From Promethearchaeota archaeon (lineage in GTDB: Archaea > Asgardarchaeota > Lokiarchaeia > Sigyniarchaeales > SOKP01): a stretch of 52,085 nt of DNA. The notes below the pieces were generated by a model. It worked only from the letters and a program-made list of their open reading frames with translations, had not been told where the DNA came from and ran no database searches. Numbering within the stretch: position 1 is the first letter of the stretch; every line of letters starts with the position of its first letter. The stretch is taken from assembly GCA_019894975.1 (NCBI GenBank), contig JAGXNO010000025.1, positions 1-52,085 of the forward strand, given 5' to 3'. The translations under genes and the position numbers were made by a program. Shown here piece by piece: positions 20,518-28,909 of this stretch.

Positions 20518-20590
20518 GTTGGTTTTAACCCATGCAAGGGCAGTCATATCCAATCTATAATTTTTATTGGATATTTCATCCTAAACCAAC
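20518..20590 (-). promoter_or_regulatory. Eukaryote-like SECIS element of vhuU
   Basis: Minus strand reads GUUGGUUU AGG AUGA A AUAUCCAAU AAAAAUUAUAG AUUGGAUAU GA CUGCCC...AAACCAAC. It has an AUGA/GA core, a 9-bp helix, an A-rich apical loop and an 8-bp basal helix. Confidence 0.8.
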
Positions 20591-20725
20591 GTGCATCTCA
20601 CGAGAGTAAATTTCTTCACCTTTCTCATCTACTACTGTGATGTGAGCGGCACATGATAGTCAACAGTCAAAACATCGGACTATCATTTCTAAGATATTTA
20701 CTACTCCTTCCGGAACTTCACTCAT
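20576..20725 (-). CDS. vhuU: [NiFe(Se)] hydrogenase small peptide subunit VhuU, selenoprotein (Sec at TGA 20660-20662)
   Basis: Hand translation MSEVPEGVVNILEMIVRCFDCULSCAAHITVVDEKGEEIYSREMHVGLG*. It supplies the L2 motif (DxUxSCAAH) absent from the upstream vhuA, and a SECIS follows. Confidence 0.9.
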
Positions 20726-20758
20726 CTTTTTTATTCACACTCTAAATTTTGATTTAGT

Positions 20759-22063
20759 TTATTTGATCCATGGATCCGGTAATTTAAGGCTTTCTAAAAT
20801 TTTGTCTTCAAACACTTGCTTAGCCACGTGCATCAGTGTTTTTTCGATACCCGCGATGTTGTGGTTCGTCGCTACTAAAAGATTAGCCTTCTTTACTATA
20901 CCTTCACTATCACCGAACAAATGATATAATAAAAGACCTCTTGGTGCTTCGACTAATCCAACACCCTCTCCTTCTCTGGGTACTATGTCTAAAGTTTTAC
21001 AGTCCGGATTCACGATATCTGGATCTTGAAGCAATGTCGCAATCATTTCGATAGATTCTACTAATTCAATTAATCTAGCCCAATGATACGCAAATGTAAA
21101 ATGAGGTGTATTTCCAATTTTGGCCCTCATTGCTTTCAATGCTTCGTCAGCTAATGGCGTAGCCATTTTATCAGCCGCATTAATCATCGCTAGAGTATTA
21201 GCACGATAAATGCCATCAGGATATCCAGCAGGCTTATAATACATGTGTGTAGCGTAAGAATGCGCGGGAATATGCTCTCCCATGCATTCTAAATACTTTT
21301 GAGGTGCATAATCGAATTTTTCTCCTTCTGGAGACACCATTCTAATATCCCCCTCATAAATATCATGAACACCATTTTTAGTCATCCCTGCGTACCAAGT
21401 AGGAACATTACCTACATTAGCTACGACATCCCAATAATCTTCGACAACCTTCAATCCGATTTCAACAGTTTTTTTAGACCATTCTACTTGATCATTGATT
21501 TCAGCAATAAATTTATCACGAGTTACTTCGTCTAAGGCTTTTTTCATACCGCCTGGAATACAAACAATTGGATGAATTGATTTACCTCCAATAGCAGCAC
21601 ATAATTTCTGTCCAAAATCCATCATTTTCAATGCCATTGCGCCAACATCTGGCATCTTATTGATTACATGAACTACATTCCTCAATGCAGGATCAGCAAA
21701 GGGTCCTAATAAGAAATCAGGAGCAGCTAAAGCGTAAAAGTGAAGTGCATGTGAACTATATTGCTTTGCATTAATTAAGAGTTGTCTTAATTTTTTTGCA
21801 GGTTCTGGAATCTGTACTCCCCACGCATCTTCTACTGCTTTAGTTGGAGCGATATGATGAGGAATAGGACAAATTCCGCAGATTCTAGGAGTAATTCTAC
21901 TTACGTGTTCCATGTAACGACCTTCAAGAAACTTTTCAAAGAATCTTGTTGAGGTGATGTTAAATTGAACATCTTGCACTTTTCCATCATCGCCTAATAC
22001 TACTCTCAACCCACCATGCCCTTCTAAACGAGTGACAGGCTCTACTTCTATAGTTTTTACCAT
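20759..22063 (-). CDS. vhuA: F420-non-reducing (group 3c) [NiFe] hydrogenase large subunit, split type
   Basis: EPVTRLEGHG, L1 motif RICGIC, EAPRG. Ends ...LPDPWIK without the C-terminal DPCxxC motif. Confidence 0.92.
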   Translation of the reverse strand: MVKTIEVEPVTRLEGHGGLRVVLGDDGKVQDVQFNITSTRFFEKFLEGRYMEHVSRITPRICGICPIPHHIAPTKAVEDAWGVQIPEPAKKLRQLLINAKQYSSHALHFYALAAPDFLLGPFADPALRNVVHVINKMPDVGAMALKMMDFGQKLCAAIGGKSIHPIVCIPGGMKKALDEVTRDKFIAEINDQVEWSKKTVEIGLKVVEDYWDVVANVGNVPTWYAGMTKNGVHDIYEGDIRMVSPEGEKFDYAPQKYLECMGEHIPAHSYATHMYYKPAGYPDGIYRANTLAMINAADKMATPLADEALKAMRAKIGNTPHFTFAYHWARLIELVESIEMIATLLQDPDIVNPDCKTLDIVPREGEGVGLVEAPRGLLLYHLFGDSEGIVKKANLLVATNHNIAGIEKTLMHVAKQVFEDKILESLKLPDPWIK

Positions 22064-22067
22064 CTTT

Positions 22068-23387
22068 TTATACGCCTCCTTTTCTTGATGCTAATGTAAA
22101 TTTTTCAAAAGTACCTACAGGATCTTTTACCTGATCAAGTAGATCACGTTTCGATAGACTCACATTAAACTGTTTTAACACTGTATCGGCAAATCTCTCT
22201 GCTTGATTAACACCCCATTTGGTTTGACCAAAACAACCACTACATGGAGCATTAACCTTTATACACATACCACCACAGCCAGCTTTAGTGACAGGACCCA
22301 TACAGATATAACCTTGTTCAATAAGGCAATCCTCCAAATTAGGGAGTCCTTCATAATCTCTCAAAACTTTTGTCATAGTAGATTTGCTACCTATAATTCT
22401 TGGACATGTATCACAGACATTTGAAATATCCGTGAAATCACGATTTTCTTTTAAGAATCCCAATAATTTTCCAGCGATTTCTTCGGTAGTTGGAGGTAAC
22501 CCTGCTAACGGTGTTGTAACACTTCCACGTATCTTAATTTGCTTTAAGATATCTCCCGCTAAATCAAATCCTGCCATCAGTGGAACATTTAAGAATAGAG
22601 TTAAGAACTCATACAAATTCTTTATATCCCCTGAACTGAGTTTACCAGGTTTTTTAACCATTTTATTTAGTTTCTCAGCTCTAGAATCGACAGTTTTTGC
22701 TGGGCCAAAACAACCAACACATGGGTTTCCATTACTAGTACATTTTAAACTACATCCTATACTAGTAATTGGTCCAAAACAGAGTTTTTCCGCATCTAAT
22801 AAGCAATTTTCTTTTATACTGCAATCATTGCAATATGCTAGATCATTCATAGGGAAAGGTTTTTGTCCTAACAGAAAAGCTATTGCAGAAACAATACCTT
22901 CCGGTTTTGGAGGACATCCTGAAATATAAGCATCTACTTTAACTACCTCATCAATAGGAACGATCTTATCTCTAAAACCAGGCATATGTTGAGTTGGTTC
23001 TCCACCACTTTCATCAGCTATACTTTCTACCTCAGAGAATTTCCTCTTTACTAAATCGTCTTTATCCCATTGGTTAGCTAGTCCGTGTACATTTCCATAA
23101 CAGGAACAAGAACCAAATGCAATAACGAGGAGACATTTCTTCCTCATTAATTCAACATTTTCATGATCTTCATTAGTCCTAATAGATCCCTCAATAAAAC
23201 CGACTAAGATAGAACCATCTTCTCTTGCCTTCAATGAGTCATGTTTAAAATCCACTACTGCTGGCCAGTAAACTATTTCGAGTGCTGGGAGAACTGGTAA
23301 CAACCCTAAATGAACATTTAACAAGGATTGATGACATCCCCAACAATCGGAAAGTTGCATAAATGCTACTTTAACTTTTACTGACAT
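22068..23387 (-). CDS. vhuG: Group 3c hydrogenase small subunit with duplicated C-terminal Fe-S module
   Basis: DCWGC, FIEGS, FGSCSCYG, SGCPP, and two copies of CxxC...CL...CxGPxT.GC...C....PCxGCFG. Confidence 0.88.
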   Translation of the reverse strand: MSVKVKVAFMQLSDCWGCHQSLLNVHLGLLPVLPALEIVYWPAVVDFKHDSLKAREDGSILVGFIEGSIRTNEDHENVELMRKKCLLVIAFGSCSCYGNVHGLANQWDKDDLVKRKFSEVESIADESGGEPTQHMPGFRDKIVPIDEVVKVDAYISGCPPKPEGIVSAIAFLLGQKPFPMNDLAYCNDCSIKENCLLDAEKLCFGPITSIGCSLKCTSNGNPCVGCFGPAKTVDSRAEKLNKMVKKPGKLSSGDIKNLYEFLTLFLNVPLMAGFDLAGDILKQIKIRGSVTTPLAGLPPTTEEIAGKLLGFLKENRDFTDISNVCDTCPRIIGSKSTMTKVLRDYEGLPNLEDCLIEQGYICMGPVTKAGCGGMCIKVNAPCSGCFGQTKWGVNQAERFADTVLKQFNVSLSKRDLLDQVKDPVGTFEKFTLASRKGGV

Positions 23388-23725
23388 ATTTGTCACAATT
23401 TTGTTTTTTATTTTTTATTTTTTTAAATTTGCTAATTTATTTTAAAAAAAATTAGTTGAGATAGTGTATTGTGAAAATTATTAAAAAATTTCTAATTCTC
23501 GTTTTGAATTGTAGAATAAAATGTAAAACAAGATCTTACATTATGGATGGAAACTTCTACTAATATTTTAAAAAAAACTATTAAATTCCTTTAATTGATC
23601 TTTATTTTTTCATATTTTGTATGAATTAGATCAAATCTAATAATGGATTTATGAATACCAAAAGAAATTGTGCCTAGAAAACCAAAAATTTAGAGATACT
23701 AATTTGAATAAAGAAGGTTTAATCT

Positions 23726-24289
23726 CTAAAAATTACCACAACCAGAACATTTATTATCAAGGTAAGCAGCACAATTAGCACAAATATTCCCACATTGACT
23801 TTCCATACTTTCTTGACTAAATAGGTTAAGAGGAAGAAATTTAGGTAAAATAAGATCTGAGGCAAAAATGGAAGCTGTATGTAAAATTCCCTTTTTATTT
23901 GTAGGACCACAAAAATTAAGGTATCGATGTAAAACATCAGTATTTTGACCAATAATTCCTAAGATTAAATTATACTGACCAGTCACGGGAGCTAGTAAAA
24001 ATACTCTTGGACAATCCTTATAGGCTTCAATAATATTTTGCACTGCATCATAGTTTTGCATTTCCATTAATAAAAATACAACTTTATATTGAAGTTTAGT
24101 AATATTTGTATTCGCTTGAACTTTAAGAATGCCTTTTTCTTCTAATTTTGTAATCCTTTTTGCAATTCCCGTATGACTCATAGTGTCAGTGCTAGATTTA
24201 AAAATAGTTTTTTCTAAGTTTGTTAAACTCTCACGACCATTGCTAAAGAGTGCTTTTAATATTTGCTTATCAATACCATCTAATTGCAT
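23726..24289 (-). CDS. Lrp/AsnC family transcriptional regulator with Cys-rich C-tail
   Basis: N-terminal LDGIDKQILKAL...RITKLEEKGIL HTH, RAM-domain TGQYNL, and tail CGNICANCAAYLDNKCSGC. Confidence 0.85.
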   Translation of the reverse strand: MQLDGIDKQILKALFSNGRESLTNLEKTIFKSSTDTMSHTGIAKRITKLEEKGILKVQANTNITKLQYKVVFLLMEMQNYDAVQNIIEAYKDCPRVFLLAPVTGQYNLILGIIGQNTDVLHRYLNFCGPTNKKGILHTASIFASDLILPKFLPLNLFSQESMESQCGNICANCAAYLDNKCSGCGNF

Positions 24290-24565
24290 AATTACTTTCT
24301 AATTAAGGAACTATATTTAATAATATCTTTGTTCTCAGTTTTTAAAACTTAATGCTTATAAATAATTTAATGGAAAACATTTGACAGAAGAGAGTAAAGC
24401 AACTTAGATTATTTAGCAAAATTATTATTTTAGAGATTAACCCTTACAAGATTTTAGCTCTTTTGGTGCGACTGCCCATCATTTTCGTTCCCAGAAATAA
24501 TATTGTTCTGATAATTTAAAATAAAGAAGATAAACTATTCAATTGATCCAAATTGCCGACACAAG

Positions 24566-24580
24566 TTTTCAAATTGAAAC
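24566..24580. promoter_or_regulatory. Palindromic operator-like site (consensus GTTTCAnnTTGAAAC)
   Basis: TTTTCAAATTGAAAC, ~150 nt upstream of the wHTH gene. Related copies at 25160 and 33621. Confidence 0.4.
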
Positions 24581-24728
24581 TATAAATCATAAAAAGGTCA
24601 GAAATTAAAACTGAATTGAAGGGGATTGTTTAGAATAGCTACATTACATAAGTATTAAAAGGAATTAGTTACTTTTCTAAACTAAAAAACCTAATAAATA
24701 ATATTCCATTGATTGGAGAATTTACGTT

Positions 24729-24986
24729 ATGATCGAAAGTAGTATCTATTTGTTACAAGATTATTCAACTCATGAGAAATTATTATCATTATCTCCCTCA
24801 GGAAAATTCATTCTATACCTTTTAAAAAGGAAAGGACCACTAAGTCAAAAAGATATCATAAAAAGAACTCTCCTTTCTAAGAGAACAGTTGTATATTCTT
24901 TAAAAAAGTTATATGAAGCCAATTTTATTAAGAAACTTACGGATAATAAGGATAAACGACTTCGATTTTATGAAGTTCTTATATAA
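24729..24986 (+). CDS. MarR-like winged-helix regulator
   Basis: LSPSGKFILYLL..KGPLSQKDI...LSKRTVVYSLKKL...DKRLRFY. Confidence 0.8.
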   Translation: MIESSIYLLQDYSTHEKLLSLSPSGKFILYLLKRKGPLSQKDIIKRTLLSKRTVVYSLKKLYEANFIKKLTDNKDKRLRFYEVLI

Positions 24987-25159
24987 TTTTAAACCTTGAA
25001 CCTATTTTTTATTGCTTTTTAAAGAAGAATTAATTAAGTCTGGGGATAAATTAAATCTAATTATATTGGCTAGTTAATAATTTCTCAAATCCTCATTCTT
25101 CAATTATGATTACATTTTTGTAATAATTTATGAAATATAAAACGATCATTCTAATTCTA

Positions 25160-25174
25160 GTTTCAAATTTAAAC
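25160..25174. promoter_or_regulatory. Palindromic operator-like site
   Basis: GTTTCAAATTTAAAC, ~155 nt upstream of the ATG at 25330. Confidence 0.4.
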
Positions 25175-25329
25175 AAGTCAGAAAATATTGTTAGAGATTG
25201 AAACAAAAACCATTTCGATTATTTAAATTATCCAAGTTTAGTAATGCTTAAAATTGAAGCTTTTTTTTTTAAAATTGGAACATAATTTAAAAAAAAACTC
25301 AAAATCAAAAATTAAAAAGGAAACATGTT

Positions 25330-25986
25330 ATGAGAAGAAATAAAATTTACATATTTACTATTTTAACAGTATTCTTTGTATCTATTATTGGGGGAGCTTC
25401 TGCTTATCATGAATACATTTATACTTTTGACTACTCTCATACTGCAGGATGTCATAATGGGAACGCTAACGATGGAGAAAGCTCAACGGGAAATTTAACG
25501 ATAACACTTACTCCAAGTGGAACCTTAGAAACCCTACAGGCATTTACCATATCAGTTTTTATACATAATTTTACAGAGCTTGACAATAGTGCTTATCAGA
25601 ATAGAACAACCATTGGAATTTCAAAAGATCTTGGAAATAATTCAGCATTTCTTAGAGATGTAAGTGATGTATCTTTTTCGAGGAGAGTTAAAGTTGATCA
25701 ATATGGAAGTGATTTGACACCTACAGTACTTGGAGCTATAGCACCAGAAACACCAGGAACATATGAACTTGTTATTACAGCAGTCGCAGCGATGAATCAA
25801 TCAGATGCAAGTGCTTATAATTTCACTTTTGCTAAAGGTACTATTAGTGTGACTGTAGTAGCGTCTACGGGAGGAGGAGGTACAATTTCAGGAGGTCTTC
25901 TTACAATTATTATTGGGAGTACTTTTGCTGTATCTACTGTTTTAATAGTAACGATGCGAAAAAGAATAAATAAAAGAGAACTATAA
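25330..25986 (+). CDS. Exported, C-terminally anchored protein with single-Cys HTAGCH motif (putative atypical c-type cytochrome)
   Basis: Signal peptide ending GASA, HTAGCH (the only Cys), beta-rich domain with APETPGTYEL, Gly linker, C-terminal TM and basic tail. Lies just upstream of ccmC. Confidence 0.65.
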   Translation: MRRNKIYIFTILTVFFVSIIGGASAYHEYIYTFDYSHTAGCHNGNANDGESSTGNLTITLTPSGTLETLQAFTISVFIHNFTELDNSAYQNRTTIGISKDLGNNSAFLRDVSDVSFSRRVKVDQYGSDLTPTVLGAIAPETPGTYELVITAVAAMNQSDASAYNFTFAKGTISVTVVASTGGGGTISGGLLTIIIGSTFAVSTVLIVTMRKRINKREL

Positions 25987-26138
25987 ATCAAATTTTTTAC
26001 CTTTTTTTTTTTATAATCTTAAATTTTAAATGCTAAAAAAAAATGTCTTAAATGTAAAAGAAGTAATTCCTTCAAACACCAAAAAATTAGCCAAATTGTA
26101 TGGATGTATATTAAAATTAAAATTTAGTAAACCCTATT

Positions 26139-26870
26139 ATGAATATCCCAAAATTGTTCAAGACTAACTTCTTGTTAATCCTTTCATTAGCAATGTTATT
26201 AATTAACTTGCTTCTTATTGTAATATTAACTTCATTTAACCTTATTGTGTGGGGAAGTCCCAACCGATTAGTATATATAATCTTTTTCTACCATGTTTCT
26301 GGAGCTTGGTTAGCATATCTCTCATTTGGTATTAGTTTATTATTTCATGTTTTATATTTAAAGAAAAGAAACGTTAATTGGAATCGTTTAGGTACAAATA
26401 GTATAATTGTCGGTGTATTTTTTACCGCATTTACATTGGCAACAGGTTCTTTATGGTACAATGCTACTTCTGGAGATTACAATAATATATTCTGGCAGTG
26501 GAGTGATACCAGACAAACTATGACTTTAGTATTATTACTTTCTTATTTAGCTTTTTTAATTTTTAGGAGTATGATTGAGGATAAAGAAAAAAAAGCGAAA
26601 TTGTCCTCAGTATTAGGTATTGCGTTATTCCCTACAGTTCCTCTAAGTTATTTCTCCGCAATAATATTTACTAGCTTACATCCATTAATTAGTCCTACTC
26701 CTGGAGAGACAGGTAATATTTATTGGGATCCAGTGAAAATTTTTATGTTACTTTTTAATTTGATTGCAATTACTATCCTATTCTTCTATGTTATACAAAA
26801 ATTAGGAGAATTAGATAAGGAAAAAGAAAGATTAGATAAAATAATCCAAAAAAGATTAATAGAGGAATAA
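26139..26870 (+). CDS. ccmC: Cytochrome c maturation protein CcmC
   Basis: 6 TM, FFYHVSGAW (His), ATGSLW...FWQWSDTRQT (divergent WWD domain), TSLHP (second His). Confidence 0.88.
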   Translation: MNIPKLFKTNFLLILSLAMLLINLLLIVILTSFNLIVWGSPNRLVYIIFFYHVSGAWLAYLSFGISLLFHVLYLKKRNVNWNRLGTNSIIVGVFFTAFTLATGSLWYNATSGDYNNIFWQWSDTRQTMTLVLLLSYLAFLIFRSMIEDKEKKAKLSSVLGIALFPTVPLSYFSAIIFTSLHPLISPTPGETGNIYWDPVKIFMLLFNLIAITILFFYVIQKLGELDKEKERLDKIIQKRLIEE

Positions 26871-26875
26871 ATAAA

Positions 26876-27028
26876 ATGGCGTTAGAAAATTTATATCCAG
26901 ACTTAGTAACAATAACATTTAGTTATATATTATTTTGGACAGTTATTATATTTCTAATATTATACCCTAAACTTCGCCTAAAAAGAATATTGAAAAGAAT
27001 TAAAAATTTGGAGCAAAATTTAAAGTAA
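26876..27028 (+). CDS. ccmD: CcmD-like small membrane protein (50 aa, not in the ORF track)
   Basis: Hand translation MALENLYPDLVTITFSYILFWTVIIFLILYPKLRLKRILKRIKNLEQNLK*. One TM plus a basic amphipathic tail, tightly packed between ccmC and ccmE. Confidence 0.7.
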   Translation: MALENLYPDLVTITFSYILFWTVIIFLILYPKLRLKRILKRIKNLEQNLK

Positions 27029-27032
27029 TTAG

Positions 27033-27380
27033 GTGTTTATTGTGAAAAAATCTAAAATTATTGCAATTGTAGGAATAGCTATCTCTGTTATAGTAATAGT
27101 TGCAATGCTCACAACAGCAGCTCGTCCATACCTCAAAGTTTCTCAAGTTACCTCAAATCCCGCTAAGTATGATAATAAAGAAATTCAAGTAATAGGTGTT
27201 GTACAAGGATTTGCTGGTAGTGATTTTAATCTAACTGAAAGTGGTAATAGTATTTTTATTGACATAAATGGGTTAACTCCTCCAACTGATTTAGAAAATG
27301 GAATACAAGTAGTAGTAAAAGGAGTATTTAATTCATCTTTAGTTTTAACTGCAAATCAGATCCTTACTCAATGTAGCTAG
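27033..27380 (+). CDS. ccmE: Heme chaperone CcmE, Cys-type, C-terminally truncated
   Basis: N-terminal TM, PYLKVSQV, OB-fold with VVVKG. Ends ANQILTQCS* where homologs have AxExLxKHDENY or KCPSKY. Confidence 0.8.
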   Translation: MFIVKKSKIIAIVGIAISVIVIVAMLTTAARPYLKVSQVTSNPAKYDNKEIQVIGVVQGFAGSDFNLTESGNSIFIDINGLTPPTDLENGIQVVVKGVFNSSLVLTANQILTQCS

Positions 27381-27386
27381 TTTTAA

Positions 27387-28112
27387 CTAGTCATATAAAA
27401 GAAATTCTGAAGTTAATGTCATGATTGAGCTCATTAGTACAATATGAGCACTAAAAAATATTATTTCATAATAAAGCCCTGATATTAGTTCTCCTTCTAA
27501 AATCTTTATATTAATTGATATAATTGGAGTAATTATTGGTAAAATTAAAGGAAACAATAAAATTGGTAAAATAAATGATTTATTTTTTACATACATTGAT
27601 AAAGCAGAGACTAAACTTCCGCAAATAGACAAGTCCAATGTAGGCAACAAAACTCCTAAACCAATAAAAATTAATAGTTGATTCAAGCTGAAATTACTAA
27701 TTGATGGTGCAGAGATAAAAACACTAAAAAGAAAGAGTATTACCTCGACAAAAGTTAATAATATAAAGCAAAAAATGGTTTTACTCATAAGAATTAGATT
27801 AGCAGATACAGGTGATGAAATTAATCCTCCTATTGTTCCAGAATCTTTTTCTTTAACAAAAAGTTTTGCCATAATGTAAACGGTTGTAAAGAAAATAATA
27901 AGCCAGTTTTCAATAACAAAAATTTCTAGGGGCATAATTTGATATTGGGTTCCAAAATTATACACAGAAGAAAATATGAAAATCGAAATTATATCAAAAA
28001 GAAAAATTGAAAATAAATCATTGATTTGACGGAGTTCAGATTTAAGATCTTTATTTAGTATTACCTTAAGTAATTTCAATCTTGATTTTAAGTTTATTTT
28101 CTCATTTTTCAA
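27387..28112 (-). CDS. ccmB: Heme exporter permease CcmB
   Basis: KDLKSELR, FVKEKDSGTI, ILPILLFPLILP, 6 TM. TTG start after GGTGA. Confidence 0.88.
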   Translation of the reverse strand: MKNEKINLKSRLKLLKVILNKDLKSELRQINDLFSIFLFDIISIFIFSSVYNFGTQYQIMPLEIFVIENWLIIFFTTVYIMAKLFVKEKDSGTIGGLISSPVSANLILMSKTIFCFILLTFVEVILFLFSVFISAPSISNFSLNQLLIFIGLGVLLPTLDLSICGSLVSALSMYVKNKSFILPILLFPLILPIITPIISINIKILEGELISGLYYEIIFFSAHIVLMSSIMTLTSEFLLYD

Positions 28113-28124
28113 TATACTATCACC

Positions 28125-28871
28125 TTAAAAATATGATTTAATATGAGTTTCATTAAATTCTTCACTTGCAATGATTTTATTGATTTTTCCTCTTTTTAGA
28201 ATTATTAAATCATCACAAATTTGCTGGAATACATCAATTTTGTGTGTTGTGAGAATTATCGATATGTTGTTATTCTCTTTTAATTCATTAAAGAAATTTA
28301 TCAACATTGTGGTTGCATTGTAATCTAATCCCGAAAAGGGTTCATCCAAAAACAATATGGAGGGCTGATGTATCAAGACTCTAATTAATTCTACTTTTTG
28401 TTTCATTCCATGAGATAAAATTCTAACCGGTTCGTCGATCCAATCTGTTAAGGTGAATTTCTTACAAAGTTGGTCAATTCGGGTTTTTATCTTTTTTTTT
28501 TCAAAATTCAGATGTAAATTAGCATAATATTTTAAATTTTCAAAAATAGTTAATTCTTCAAAAAGAAATGATTCATCTGTAGTAATTCCAATATTTTGTT
28601 TTATGATATTAGAATTTTCCTCGTAATTCATTCCACTAACCAATATATTCCCAAATGTCGGTTTCAGAAGTCCACATAAAATTTTAATTAAAGTTGTTTT
28701 TCCAGCCCCATTTGCTCCTGCAATCCCGAATATTGTGTGCTCTCTAACGTTAAACGAAATTTTTTTTAGTGCAAAGAAATACCCAAATTGTTTAGAGACA
28801 TTATTACACTCTATTATATCTCTATTGGATTTAACCATGGTAATATTATCCAAACTTTTGAAAGAATTCAA
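28125..28871 (-). CDS. ccmA: Heme exporter ABC ATPase CcmA
   Basis: GANGAGKTT, LSHGMKQK, LFLDEPFSGLD. Adjacent to ccmB. The true start may be the ATG at 28838. Confidence 0.82.
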   Translation of the reverse strand: MNSFKSLDNITMVKSNRDIIECNNVSKQFGYFFALKKISFNVREHTIFGIAGANGAGKTTLIKILCGLLKPTFGNILVSGMNYEENSNIIKQNIGITTDESFLFEELTIFENLKYYANLHLNFEKKKIKTRIDQLCKKFTLTDWIDEPVRILSHGMKQKVELIRVLIHQPSILFLDEPFSGLDYNATTMLINFFNELKENNNISIILTTHKIDVFQQICDDLIILKRGKINKIIASEEFNETHIKSYF

Positions 28872-28909
28872 AATTTAATATAGAAAAGTAATTAAAAATA
28901 AAAAAATAA

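Noticed and set aside
20434-20640. 68-aa plus-strand ORF in the track
   Set aside because: It is an antisense shadow over the hdrC start, the SECIS and vhuU, with low-complexity composition.
22384-22929. 181-aa plus-strand ORF and the other antisense ORFs nested in long genes
   Set aside because: They are shadows of well-supported genes on the opposite strand and have no motifs.
23330-23344. CWGCH in VhuG matches the CxxCH heme-binding pattern
   Set aside because: It is the proximal Fe-S CxxC of a cytoplasmic hydrogenase small subunit with no export signal, so it is not a Ccm substrate.
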